Source: the human T2T-CHM13v2.0 reference genome, Homo sapiens. Taken from it: 64,000 bases of DNA. The stretch is taken from NCBI RefSeq assembly GCF_009914755.1, contig NC_060930.1; one strand, written 5' to 3'. Both the position numbers and the translations under genes were made by a program. The notes under the pieces are model-generated. The model was given only the letters and a program-made list of their open reading frames with translations. It did not search any database and had not been told where the DNA came from. Below, piece by piece: positions 26,749 to 40,789 of this stretch (positions within the stretch are counted from its first letter, which is position 1; each line of letters begins with the position of its first letter).

Positions 26749-28361
26749 GCCTCCTGCTGGTTAAGCATGCAGTCATGTGGAGGGGGAGGGTTGCTGGGTT
26801 GCAAAGGATGCTGTGGTCTTTGGGTGAGGGCGTGGTGTACCCTACTCATTATGGTATTCCAAAAAGCGACTTGAGTTTCATTTCCTCACACAAAGCTGGC
26901 AGGGCTGACCTGAGCAGACCGTGAATGAAACTCCTGTTGAAATCACGCTGTGCTGCAGCGGTTCTGGGGCTCATCCTAGGTCTGCCCTGGCGGCTGGAGA
27001 GTGTGCTGCTGTCTGACTCATGCCTGGGTTCTCCCCAGCTGGGCGGAGGGAGGGGGATCGGTCCAGTGGATTCTGACAGCCCCTTCTGCTCTTTTTCCAG
27101 GAACGTTCACTCACAGGGTACGCTCATGGAGAGAGGGCGCAGAGCAAACCATGTCACGCCATCCAATGACACCAGCTGGTCAGCTCACCACCCCCTCTGG
27201 CTAAAACTCAAGCAAATAAAGCCGCTTCCTGTCATTAAGCATCTCAGAGGAAGCAGCCCTCCCTCGATGGCCTCTAGCCCAGAGAAGCCCGCGCATCTTG
27301 GACCCACCAAGCAGGCCCAGCCTTCCTGCTGCCACCATCTCTGCTTCTCCCCAGAGGAACTTAGAGATTTCACCCCTGGCTTTTAAAAAAAACGAAATAC
27401 CGACAAGCCACAAGGACCAATGTAGGTATTCTCCCCGCCCCATCTTCAAGGCTCAGCGACTGAGGCTGGAAGATGATATGGATTGGAACACAAAAAATCT
27501 TTTTTTAATCTTTTTAAAAACTGCTGTGGTTTTGCTGCTACACTAAGAATTGTGATTTGCATTGTACGGTTTTGGACCTATATTGTTCACGTTTTGATGG
27601 CGGAGAGGGGTGGTCCTGGAGGCCCAATGCTTCAGAGTCATCTCTGTCCTGCCCGGGATGCACTTTTAAATGAAGAGTTAGAATATTTTATTGGCTAATA
27701 TACTTTTCTTGTTATTTTTACAAAGGCCACCTTTATCCTTTTTGATGCCATATTTTCAGTGTTACACTTTTATGGCTTTTAATTTTCGATTTGACAGATG
27801 TAAGAAGCAGCATGAATAGTTTATACTGTGGTTTTTCAGAGACTGAATGCCAAGAGAACTCGGTAAATGTTTATTCTTCTCAGCTTTCTCTTTAAATTCC
27901 CCTAAATAGCGCCCCATTTGGGAACAGAGCAAGAGTGTTGAACTGAAGACCAAAATGCCCTCAAGGTGTAAAATAATCCGAGGGGGAATATTTGCTGGGC
28001 GTCAGGAAAGACTCAGATGAAATTTCAACCCTGATGGTTTTCGGTGATCCAGGAAGTCAGTGAGACAATCTCTCTATATGCAGAGCCCTTTCATGTTAAT
28101 TAGAATGGTATGGACAAACCAATGAAAACAAGAGGGAAAGTGAGAAAGATCACCCATGATTCTGTTTCACTGTTTGCTTTCTCCTGTCATGGTTAAGAGA
28201 AATGTGCAATTCGATCCTCAATCAGTGGGTGGAGGATAACAGGGTAGATTCACTTGTGTGCACTTGTACAGTTGTAGCTGCGAGTCCAGAAGTCCTCTAG
28301 AGCATGTGTACTGGCACTGAGTTGGTGAGACAGTTGTGGAGTATCCCATTCTGATGAGTAC

Positions 28362-28441
28362 AGAAAAAAAAAGAAAAAGAAAAGAAGAGAAAAAATTAAG
28401 AAAAAAATCAAAAAAGGAAGAAAACTAAAAAAAAAAAAAAA
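28362..28441 (+). repeat. A-rich low-complexity tract in the 3'UTR
   Basis: About 80 nt of A-rich sequence ending in a long A run. Confidence 0.9.
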
Positions 28442-28482
28442 TCAAATCACCTTGTGATTCAGTGTATCTGTTTACTAACTCA

Positions 28483-28488
28483 AATAAA
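28483..28488 (+). terminator. SOBP: Candidate proximal polyadenylation signal AATAAA
   Basis: caAATAAAgcaattgtt with upstream TGTA; downstream is GC-rich rather than U-rich. Confidence 0.45.
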
Positions 28489-29009
28489 GCAATTGTTCCC
28501 TCTGGAGGGGTCCAGGTGCCCCCGCCCCACAAGGCCGCGGAGCCTCAGCAGGAGGGGTGGCGAGTTGCGGGTGGGCAGGGCCAGGACGGTGTGGCGCCAG
28601 CCTTGAAGCACCACGGCCCAAGGATGCGGTGTACATACTGTATTTCTAGATTCTCCTTTGTACAGAGTCACTTCACAAGTCAAGCTACTGTTTTACAGGT
28701 GCTCCTTATTTATTAGAGCTGTGAGAGCTTGGGGGACACACCTGGCGAGCAAGCTCGCTTTTTAAAAATGAAATTTGGGGGCAGGGGAAGGGGAGGCGGG
28801 AGGGAGGGGAAGCTCGCAAGCCCGGGGAGAGATTTATAAAAGTAAACAAAAGAAAACCTTCCAGCAACAAATTAAAAAATAATAACAAATCAACCCCAGC
28901 ACCAAACCCACCCAGGCAGGAAGAAGCCGCCCCTCCTCTGGGGCCATATTTTTCTGCTGGGTCACAACATTCTCCTCTCCCTGACTGGTGTCAGATTCAT
29001 CAAACAAAA

Positions 29010-29015
29010 AATAAA
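29010..29015 (+). terminator. SOBP: Candidate polyadenylation signal AATAAA with downstream U/GU-rich elements
   Basis: AATAAA followed by tgtgcttatttggcttttctc and a (T)n/GT tract at 29078-29107. Confidence 0.55.
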
Positions 29016-32000
29016 TCTCGAAGAAAAAAAATGCACTTACATGTGCTTATTTGGCTTTTCTCATTATTATGACTACTGTTTTTTTTTGTTTTTTGTTTTT
29101 TGTTTTATTACAGAGGTGTTCATTTTTCTCCCCCTGGGAAACATTTTAAAAAATAGAACTAAGGAGTTTTAAAAGATGGTAAGCTACTGGGATGGCACTG
29201 TCTCTTCCTGACCTGCTAGACCACGCTTGTCTGCAGACAAGAGCCCACTCCGTCCGTTCCAGGGCCTGCTTCCTAACCATGCCCATCACTGACAGCACAC
29301 AGTGCATGGGAAGTGAGTGTTTAGGCTGTAGACCCAGGTGTGGTGTCCCTTCCAAGTGCTCTTCAAGTCCTGATCTTTTTTGGCTCCAAGGGTTCAGGCC
29401 TGAGGTTCAAGAAGCACCATCAAATGGAGGCAAACATGCTCCACGGGTTCCACTCACATCCACACACCATCTCACCCCACTGACTAGAGAGACTTTTATT
29501 TCAGCCTTATGTGAATGGGGTGGGTCCGTTTGGCTCTTTGATACCTAAGTTAAATATCAGAAAGTTCCTAAGGTGGAAAGTATGCTAATATCTAGTTCTA
29601 GTCATTGTAAATCTAGTTCAGTTCTCTTGTTCTACATATGAAAAAACAGAAGCCTAGAAAAGCAACTCGACCTGTTCAGAGTCTCGCACTTAGTTGATTT
29701 AGCTTCTCAAAAAAATGAATGTTCATTAAAATCTGAGGCACCACGAGCAGCTCCCTTGAAGTGATCATCCTGTGGATTCCGGAGACCTGATTTTCTTCTC
29801 CCATGGAGCCCGAGAGAATCTTGGAGGCTTCCTGGTGCAGAGTTATATTTATGGCGGTGACTCCGTCTGAACTCTGCCGAGGCAAGCCCAGCCAAGGACG
29901 TGCCAGCGGCCGAGGCACCCGGCTGTGGTTGTCCTGATAGCATTATTCATCTGGTCTTGGCCATGGAGACAGTCATCCAGGATATTGATTTTGCTTTTGT
30001 CTGTAGTCCAAGATTGTCAAGCAAACATTTTGACCCTTCTGGAAACAAAAGGTACCTTTGTTCCAGCATAGAAAGATTCTGTGGCATCTCATAAGCCATC
30101 AGCACCCCTTTTCCTCCTCTTCCTTCTCACGATCTTACTGCTGTCTGAATGCACAATTCTCTTGGGATATCAAAACCATATATAAAGAGAAATAGAAACA
30201 ATAATGTATGTAAGTGTGAATACGTGTCGAGCGTTTGCACATTAGTCTCATTTAATCTTCACAATAACCTTCCCTATGGGAAGGGCCTTTATTTTCTCTT
30301 TATTATAAATACAAAGAACCTGGAGCTCAGCAGTTTAGTAATCACCCAAGGTCACAGGGCTAGTGAGTTGCCGAATGGGATTCAAGCCCAGGAGGCTTGG
30401 CACCAGTACCCAGCCCCTACCTCCAGTGTGGAGAAAAACTGTTGACATCTTCATGAAGAGTCTTCGACTTCCTGTAAATGTGTGGTAGTGATTCAGTTTT
30501 ATTCAAAAGTGGTCCTCATTTTAAACCAAGCCAGAAGATTGCATGTTAATGGTGAGTGCACGCCTCACCTTACTGGATGCGGGGACTTGCAGAGGACATT
30601 CTGCTTTCTGAAAAATGAGTCAGGCGGGATTTTCCTTGGTGGTTATCAACCCCCCGCAGAACACAAAGCCCCATGCCTGATGCTGAGGGGAGGCCAGAGA
30701 GGAAGAAAACTCACAGTCCCTGCCCTAGTGGTTTATACTTGATGGGAGGATAGGGCTGTGGAAAAGATGGACCACTTCTTGGTCTCACTAGGACACTCTG
30801 TCAATGTTTTCCAGGGTTTATGTAATCACACGTTTGGAGCCTGGATTCATAACTTTGCAAAGCTGCCCTCCCCTGCAGGTAGGTGCTCCCCTGATAAGGG
30901 ATGGGCACCTTGAGCCACAAGTAGACCTGTAAGTACCAGGCCATGCCGCCCAGATGGCACAACAAAAGACCAGACTGAGGCTCAGGTACATAGGCACTGA
31001 AGACTCTGGCGAAGTCCTTCCCCTCCTCAGCCACCCCGTGTACCCCAAGGGCCAGATGCTTAGCCTCCTTTAACAGCTTCAATAGGGACCCTCCCTGAGA
31101 CATGTAATACCTCCTTGCAGGTTTTCAGTGGTTCCCTGTAGCCTACGAAGTCAAAGTCAAGGGCAGGGTATAACATGCAAAGCCCTCCCAACTCTGGCTT
31201 TTGCTGCCTCCCAGCCGAGTCCACTCCCACTCCCTGTCACCAGCCTTGCCAACATAACACCTGCCTAGAACTAGGAACTTGTTCCTATGCCCCTGCTCTC
31301 TCTCCCTCCTGTGCCTTGCACATGGTATGTCTTTCCTTCCTCTTCCCTGGGCAATTTCTGCAGCCCAGCTGCTCAGATGAGGTCTTCCCTGGGAAGCTGC
31401 ATGGACCAGCTCCTCCCCTCCCCTGCTGGGGCAGGCGCCCCCTCTGTGCTGACCTCTGCCCTGATGCAGATCATACTCAGCTTTTCCAGCCGCTCATCTG
31501 TCTGTGCGCTTTACCAGTCTGCAAAGTCCTTGAGGATGGGGATTGTGTCTTATTTGCCTCTCATCTCCTGAGCACATGCACAGCCCCCGGAAAGCCCTCA
31601 TTGTCATTATTTATTTTAAAAACTAATAAGCCATCTCCTTCAAGGATCAGTTTACATGCCACCCCTCCACGAAGCCAAACTTGAATCCCTGAGGGGCAAT
31701 TAATTGCTTCTCCCTTGGGCTTCCATGACCCATGTTTAAATGGACAGAGGCCACTTCTGGCACTGTGCTGAACAGTCTTCCCACCTTGCCCGGCTCACTG
31801 GAGGGACGCACCGTGGCCCTCTTCACTTTGCATCCTTGAAGAGCTACTCACTGCTCTTGGAACTGAAAGTGTTGGCTGAGTTGAACCACTTTTATTCTAC
31901 TAGCCTAATGACGGTAGAAGACAGTAAGACCCTGGAAATCAGAGCAGTTGTGCAGCAAACACAGAAAGACTCCGGAGTTTCATTTTTTGTTTCCAGTCCT

Positions 32001-35000
32001 TGAGGGAGGTGTCAGTGCTACTCCCAAGGCAGCCAGTCAGCAGCACACTTGGGGCTTCTGAATGCAAGGCCAGTACTAAGTGCTGGGAGCAACACAAATG
32101 GGATAAGACTCAGCCACTGCCCTTGCATTTGTGCTGAATGCTGATTCCAGGTCATGCAATTGTTACGCGTTTTGCCAAAAGTGCCTTTGAGATGAGATAA
32201 TTCCTTGACCCTTGGACACATTTATAGATGGAAAATAGTCTTCAGTACCCAGAAAATGCCTCTTCTTCTATCTCTCGACTGTGGGTGGAAAGAACAGTTG
32301 CCACCTGTGTATGTCATTCTTCTAGCGAAGGGGGACTTTGGCTGAGAGGTGACTCCCAGCCATTAGGTGCTTCTTTTGTGCAGGGCCCTGTGCTAAGGGC
32401 TTTGCTGACAGTCATTCATGTAATTCTCACGTCAGCCCAGTGAGGGAGTGATAGTATCATCATCCCCGTCTCATAGCCAAAGAAACTGAGGCATGAAGAC
32501 AAAGGGGTTTTCTGTCCAAGGCGTTACAAATAGTAAGAGGCAGGACCCAGCAGTGGGTTCCAGGGCTAAGCTGCCTCACTATGGCCTGAGGCGCTTGGCA
32601 GTTGAGGCCATAGGGCAGAGTTATGATTGTTTAGTTGGTGCCTAAACCAACCAAATGAGATCAAGACATCTTTGACTATCATATTAGGTTTGGAGAAAAA
32701 AAAATGACTGCTACTTCTCCTGACACCTGGTTTTGGACAAGATCTAAAATAGGACTGTCAAGGTATCTGTAGGTAACACTTGAAGGAGAGGGGCTGGGGG
32801 CCTGTGTCATAGCTCAGAGAAGGGAAGAGGAGTGAGGACACTTTGGCACATGTGTTCCATTTCCTGGGGTAGGGAGCAGACGGCACGTGAGCCAGGGGCT
32901 TTTTCCACTTCCCATTGTTCCGATTTTTTGAACTGCACACCGAGCCTCCCCCCCGGCACTTGCTGAGATGGGACGGTGAACAGGAGCACCAGTAGAGCTG
33001 CCGGGGCCGCACTGACTGGGACCCACGTGGGGTCACTTTGCCCAGAGTGCAGGGAGCTGACTCCAAGCCCCATGGTCACTTTTGGGCTATGCCTCGGATC
33101 CCCAGTTGACCAGCTGAAAGACTGGATGAAAGGACATACATGCTGAGAACCTCCACGTGCTAGGCACCACAACATTCACCTGGACTATCTCAGGCAGTTC
33201 TCACAAAACCATGTGATACAGGCAGTGTGATCCTCATTTCTGGATGAGGAAAATACAGTCCAGGAAGGTTAAGTGATCTGCTCAGCCACTCAGCTAGGAT
33301 GTAATAGAGCCCAGATTTGAACCCACTGCCCCCAAGGGCAGTCGGTGCTCTTGATGGATGCAGAAATACCAGCATCAACTCAGCTCATAACTCAGTTTGG
33401 ATCTCAATCAGCCAATGTGATGCATGTCTGATAATGCCATTCCATCTTGCTTCAGACCTCAGGCAACAGATGATGCTCTCCTTCCTCATCTGTTCCTCAC
33501 ATGCAGATTCGGGCCAAATCAACAGACAGTGAACTCCTACAAGAAGGAATAGACACCACTGTTAATTGTAATGTACATTTCTCCAAGGATTGCTAAACAT
33601 CATTTAGTTGCATTACTTCATTTATACCTCACAACAACCCTATGAAGTCGGTATTAGTATTGCCATTTTACTGATGAGGAAACTGAGCACACAGTTGTGG
33701 CACAGCCTGGAACTATACTTGGGGAGTGTGAGCTCGGAGCCCACACTTCACTGCACACTCCCATTTGGGCCTTTCTCTTGTGGATGGATGGATGTCTACG
33801 TGCTGTGTACATGAGAACAGAGCCAGTTTATTGAATACCTCATTTCACTTTCACACGTGTCAGTTCATCTTGGAGAGCATCAACCTTGGAGGTGACACAG
33901 AGGAGCGTAACAGTGATTCTCATCTCTTGAGTTACAGAAAAAGTCAATTGCCCATCTCTTTTTAACCTAACAAACTTCCCATAAATTCCCATCCTCTATG
34001 AGAGAACTCTGTGCAAACATTGCCGCTTCAGAATCTAATAAGTAAGAATGCCTAAGGAGATCCACTCTGTGGCCCTTTACTGTTCTTATTTCCCCTCCTC
34101 TGCTTTCCTCTAACCAGCCTTGGAGCTCCTGAATGCAAGGGTCAGGGTAAGGCATCTTTGCCTTCTGCATGGACAGGCGGAGTTGTTTGGCGTCTAGCTC
34201 CCTGGCTGCTGTGCCTCTCATCCACCGTTGGAGCAGTATCAGTTGAGTTCCTTGAATCTTCTCCATGTCCTCTGTGTCCTTCAAAACCCCCTTTCCTATT
34301 TCCTGCTCTGGGCTTCCCTCCAGACCTTCTGCAGTTAAAACTGTTGGGGTGTCCTGGAGTCCTGAGCAGCAGGCGAGGGGCCACCGCCTCTCCAGCTGTG
34401 TGGACATGGCTGGCTCACAGGACGGCATGTAAGGGTCTCAGCTGGAAGTCACTAGGTCTCAGGGATAACAGGAAAAACCTCTCATTATTTCCAGTCTCCT
34501 ACGTCTCATGCAAACAATCACATTCCATTTTAATGTTTCATGTAAAATGATTTCTGGTGTTGGAAATACTTGAGAAAAACACTTTTTAGGAAAGGCTAGG
34601 TTGTGAGTGAGTGAGCTCTGGAAGGCATGCCTTTGACATTGGTAAAGAAAAGGAAGGTAGAAACTGAAACTTATTTAGCTAGAACCTTTAGACTATGTGT
34701 TTGTTTTTATTCTTCTTTCTAGGTTTACTTAAACAAAAGAGAAGGCTTGGTACAAAGTAAAAACAATGAAAACAATGGTAGAGAGGGAAAAAGAAGAGTT
34801 TTATAAAACAGCAGGACCGTACCTAAGCCCTTTAATTTCACACTCCCCAGCATGACTGAACCTCACCCCACACCAAGACCTCCCTTCCCAATCTCCATCA
34901 CAGGCCTCACAGTATCTCCTTCGCACACAGTGGCTGGATTAGGGCTCGGACCGAAGGCCAGGAATGAAATAAGATACTTTTATACTTATTGATCCTTTAA

Positions 35001-38000
35001 AAAAGAGTTCATTTTCATGAAACTTTAATTCACTTTTTTTTTCTTTTTTAGCTTTTTAGCCTAACTGCTACACATTTTCTCCCTGTTCTTTGTGAAATGC
35101 TAATCCAGCCCAGGGTTTTCGTTTTCCGGGTGTAACTTTTCAGAAATTGTATATCTGCATAGCAACCCCGCAAGGGCTGCCTATGTCACGGTATCACATG
35201 TCAGAAAGATGAAAAGGACTCCAAATCTAAGCTCTCCACAAACTTGGCCCTCCGATTCTGGGCCAGAGAGCTTCTTGGCCTTAATATAAATGGCAGGAGA
35301 GACATTTCAGGGCCAGAAAGGTGCAAACTTTTATCTTGTTGATGACAGAAAACGACGCATGACCTCAGCTTAGCTCGGTGGGGACGATCAAACCAGAAAC
35401 AAAGGCCGTATTTTTCTCTGCTCTTGTCCCTGCTGTCAGCTTCCAAGTGCAACCTGAGCCTGGATTCCGAACCCAGTGTCCAGATTAGAGATTGTTGACT
35501 CAGATTTAGTGGTGAAACGTGAGCCGGACTCTGTTGATGGCAAGCCTTGAAGAAGCAAGTTTACTTAAGCCAAGAGAGAGATTGTATGTCAGACCAGAGC
35601 CTGGCTTTTCTTTATCACAAACTTCCTGATCTGCCTCTGTTTTAATAGTTTCCACCACCACCACTGAGAGCAAGAAAGAGAGTGAGACAGAGAGACATAG
35701 AGAAAGAGAGAGGAAGCACCCCTCTCAGTTCCGTCTCTTCAGTGTTATAAATCAGGAAATTAACAAGTGTGTAACTGGCCTTTGCCACAGTCAAAGACAA
35801 TGAGCCTTTTGTGTTTCTAACTGGGGGCCGGCACTTAACATAATCAATGAAGAACTCTACTCAGAAAGGATGAAAAATGGAGGCTTGATCCGGCCATTTA
35901 AAGGATCTTTCCTAATACTCAGGCACATGGCTTTTATGAGACGCAAACACGGCTTAGAACCTTGCCTTTGGTCTGAAGGCGGGTCATTAAGAGAAATCAT
36001 TACATCGCTTTCCCTGTCTCTGTCTCTCTCTCCGTTTTTCTTTGGCTCCCTCCTGGCTTTTCCTTGGCTTCTGATTCCATCCCTCTTTTAGATTCTCTGT
36101 GCCTTCAGTAATTTATGTGCAAGATATTTTCCCAACCTCCAAATGTTTTTCCATTTGGCAAACCATGTCCCGAAGCCTCCACACAATGTGACTGTAGAGT
36201 TCATTTATGCTAGAGAACATAAGCTTGGTTAATGGACAAGCCTAAGTGGCCAATGGCAGTGACCCTGTGGGCCTGGGCCGTCAAGGACTGATCCTCGGGG
36301 CTGCCCCAGGGGATGCAGTGGAGGTGGGTGTCGGGGAGGAGTGTCTTTTCCAGGTTGCCACAGATGCTTGGCTTCGACCCTCCTTGTCTCCAAAAGGGAA
36401 AGAATTCCTTCCAAGCCCCTTTCTCGTATAGTTTTTGGAAGCTTCAGGGCACCATATGGAGAATCATTTCATGATCCTCCTGATGGCTTTTACGTGAGCA
36501 GCTATAAATTGGATGGTTTCCTTCAGGTCTGATATCCTGCAGTACCTGCCATGGATTGTCAGGAAAGTCACTGAATATGTTAGTCCTGTGCCGTTCTTTG
36601 GGGGAAAGAAGGCCCAGACCCCCTCCTGGGAGGGACCACTATTACTTTGAGAAATGAAAACTAGAGAAGGGGGTAGGGTGGCACGTGGTGCAAAAGCCTG
36701 GAAGCTCAGGAGGGTCATGTGCCCCAGTGAATTTTTCATTCCAAAATCTTAGATTAGGACTAAGGCAAGAGTTGAGGCTGGTGCCTCTTCTCAAATGCCA
36801 TGCTCATTGGCTTCTCCCTTGAGGCTCTTAATAAGCCTGGCTGGGCGGGGCCACTCTGTGAGATAAAGATGAGGTTAATGGGCTGGGTTTATGTCCAGGC
36901 GCTCACAGGGTATAACTAGACAGCATTTGGCTTCTGAAATATGAGCTCTATTCATTGAGTAACTGGCACTTTTTCTTTCTAAACAGTTGCAATGATATAA
37001 TACAACTCTCTCCGTTTTACTTCTTTAAAAGGTGCCACATGAAGGGCTTTCTCAACTCTTGACCCAGGCATCTGTGGATTTAATAAGCAAATCAAAAGCA
37101 AAGAGCCATCCTCATAAGAAAAAGGCTTTAGGCGAGTTTTTTAAGGGGCCTTCTTTCGCTTAGATAACCATTTCCTTAACTGAATTCCTTTGACCCTATA
37201 CATCTGAGCCAGGAGGGCAGAGGTTGGTTAGTGTATTCTACTGGGCCACACATTAATAAGGAATGGAGCCCTTCAACTGTTTCCCAAGCATCTCTGAAAA
37301 AAAAGTCACAAAAATCAGAGTACTGAAGACTGGTTGGCTCTGGGAACGCATTCACTCAGATGTATTTTTAGGCTTTTGTTTATCTGTCTTGATTGATAAA
37401 GTAATGATCAAAATGCGTTAGAAAATAATAGCCAACTGGTGAGAAATGGAACAGTTGGAGGCAGCGCGGCAATGGAGGAAAGCATCGCAGACTCCCCCAG
37501 ACTTTCCAGAGAAACCCCGGGAAAATCCTCTTCTCTTCTCCTTTCTCTTCTTTGGGGAGCTGGTCAGGGCTCTGGCTTGATAAAGCCCATCCCCCACCCC
37601 CCCACGTCGCAGAGTAACTCATTAACCCCCCCAGAAAGGCTGCCCGAGTCCTCGTTTCCCTCTCCTCACCTCTCCTCCATCCCTCTTCGCTCCGAAGGCT
37701 GCCGCAGGCCAACCAGAACCCCAGCAGATGTTTGTGTTTTATGAGCCAAACGGGAGCCTGAAGGATCAACCAAATACCAGCCCCTCTGAGAGGGGAACCA
37801 GGCCATCTAACACGAGGAACACAGAAGGCCGCCCGTCCAGCAGGGCTGGGGCTTCCAGGGAGCAGAAGGAGGGCTGAATAATTAGCTGGCACAGCCTCGT
37901 GTTGGCCCATCGCTCTGTCCTTCTGAAGAGCTCACAGAGGCCTTTAATGGGGGCTCAGAGAGGTTGGAGAGGCCCTCTGTGAGTCCACCTCCCTGGCTGG

Positions 38001-38977
38001 CAGTCCTGGCCAGGATGGCCTCCTCTCATGCCAGAGCACCATGTGGCACCCCGACCGTGGTTCCTGGCACAGGAACGAGCAGGAGGGTAAGGACGGCTAC
38101 CGTGGAACCAACTTGGAAGTGCCGTGCTGCTCAACAGCCACCCCCACCTCCACACCGCTGTAGGGCCACGGAAGAATGAACAGTGTGGGTGTGCAGATGG
38201 AAGACCAAAGTTTCTCTCTCAGCCCCGCCACTTCCTGCCGTGCGCTGCTGGCCGCATTGGTCTTTAATGTCTCCAAGGCTTGATTTCTGTCTCAGTGACA
38301 TGGAGATGATGAGACCTACTCTTGGGGTTGCTTCCAGGGTTAGATGATAGCAAGTGTGCTGGCTCTGGGCCTGTTTGCTCTGAGATCCATTTCTCAACTT
38401 TCCCTGCTCTGCTCCACATGGCAGGGCCCTCACCCTGGCTGTATTCAGCTAATGGGAGATGGGATTTCTCTCCCTCTCTCTCTCCCTCAGCCACCTTCCT
38501 CAGTTCCCTCTGGAAAGCCCTTAGGAGCTGCAGCTCCCATGAAGTCTTCCTATGTTTGTTCCTTCAGCCTCAGGGTTTTCTCACTGTCCCCTGCCCAGCT
38601 TCTCAGCTCTCCATCACTGTGGACCCCCTTCCCTTCCTTGCGCTCCCCTGGCTGCAAGGGCCTAAGGTGCTCTCTGTTTTCCTGGCTGGGCCTTGGCTGA
38701 TAGAGTATGTGAACATGTAAACGTGTCGCACACCAAGACAGAGACAGAACCCCCGAAGACCCCAGTCCATAAAGCAGAAGGAAGGACGGTGCAGCTCACC
38801 TCGTGTTTCCCACCCTGAGCATCACAACCTGGAGCTTAACCGTAGGTCAGGTGATCTATCTGAAACCATTCCCCGAGGGGTTCTTCAGCTTGGGCCTTTA
38901 GACAAACAGAAAAATGGAATAGCAACTATGTATGTTTTTTTTTAATCATATATTAGTTTCATTAAAAATATGGATAA

Positions 38978-39552
<575 letters not shown>

Positions 39553-40789
39553 CACTCCTTGCTATGGAACTATAGGCAATGTCTGGTGTGTCTGGACTCT
39601 CCTTCTAGGTTCTGCTGACCTTGTCTGTGTCTCCTGTTATTCCTGTTCCATACCAAGTAGCATTTTCTTGGGTTTTTGTTTTTTTTTTTGTACCTATTCC
39701 CTGTTTCAGTGCATGTACAGGAAGAGTTGTCTCATAAGGTGCCACTAAGGAAAACTTTCTCCATAAAGCTGCCTGCTGTGCACGTTGCCTGGGCTTTGCC
39801 TACCCCTGGTGCTGCATCTGCCTGTGTTCTGTCTTCTGGTTCTGCTGTGCTGTGGGGGAGGGGACGCTTGTACTCCTCTCCTTTTGGCAGGAAGAGTCAC
39901 TTCCACATTGAGGTCAGAATTGAAAATGGATTTCCCCGTTGGGCAGAGGGATGGAGGCCTGCACTTCCTGTGTAGTGTAATTAATCGCTGCCCCTTCCCT
40001 GCCTGCAGCCGTCCAGGCTCAGGGCCGGCCCTGATTAACCATTTCCTGCCCAACGTTGTGAAGGCTACGAAAGACCTGTGTGAGCTTTCGCATCCTTCCT
40101 TCCTACAAGTTCGCTATTAATCTCTTGTAGGCCATCCCTCAGGTTAGGGAGCTCTCTGTGCTGGGCTCGTTTCTGCTGTGTGGGGAGAACTCAGTGCCCA
40201 AGAGGCTCCATGGAGCAGAAAAGCCTGAGTCCAGAGGAAGAGGGGCAGGAGCTGAGGAAGCGAGGACGGCAGGGCCCTGCTTACGGAGCAAATTTAGTCC
40301 ATCTTTCTCACTCCCTTCCCATGCCCATGGCTATGTCATCTCAAATGGACAGGGCTCAAAAGAAGGCTTCTCTTCGCCCTTCTAGCTGCCTGATTTTCAT
40401 GTCATCTGAAGGTACAGTGAGTAAAGAACATGACCTCAGAGATGACATTTGGAAGCCTTTAGGTTGGTTTGAATTCCTGCAACTTCGGAGCTGTCCCTTT
40501 CTCACATGTGCATAAGCCATGACATTTGAGAGCTGGAAAGGACAGGATTGTTCGTATTGTTCAATGCCCTCATTTTTGCACATGTGGGAAGTGAGGTATA
40601 GAGAAAGGCGGAGTGACTTGTCTAGTGGCAGTTAGCTCGTGAGTAGCAGGATCAAGATGGGAACCCGGGTCTTCATGAACTCTCCGAATGCTTCTTTCAG
40701 CAGTTACTTTGGAATTAGAACCGATTAAAGTGTTTGCTGCCTTGATGTGGGGTGTGAGTTGTGTTCCACAGACACAGAGCTCGGTGGAT

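Larger units (their letters stand above)
27101..30200 (+). other. SOBP: SOBP terminal exon / 3'UTR (3' end approximate; alternative poly(A) sites)
   Basis: Strong acceptor at 27100; about 3 kb without recognisable interspersed repeats; AU-rich, with miRNA seed matches; AATAAA at 28483 and 29010, TATAAA at 30181; MIR-like sequence resumes after ~30230. Confidence 0.7.

Noticed and set aside
26925-27100. 5' part of the 153-aa ORF (signal-peptide-like start) as an independent gene
   Set aside because: It crosses the branch point and pyrimidine tract of the acceptor and has no promoter evidence; only the exonic part is kept, as a candidate extension
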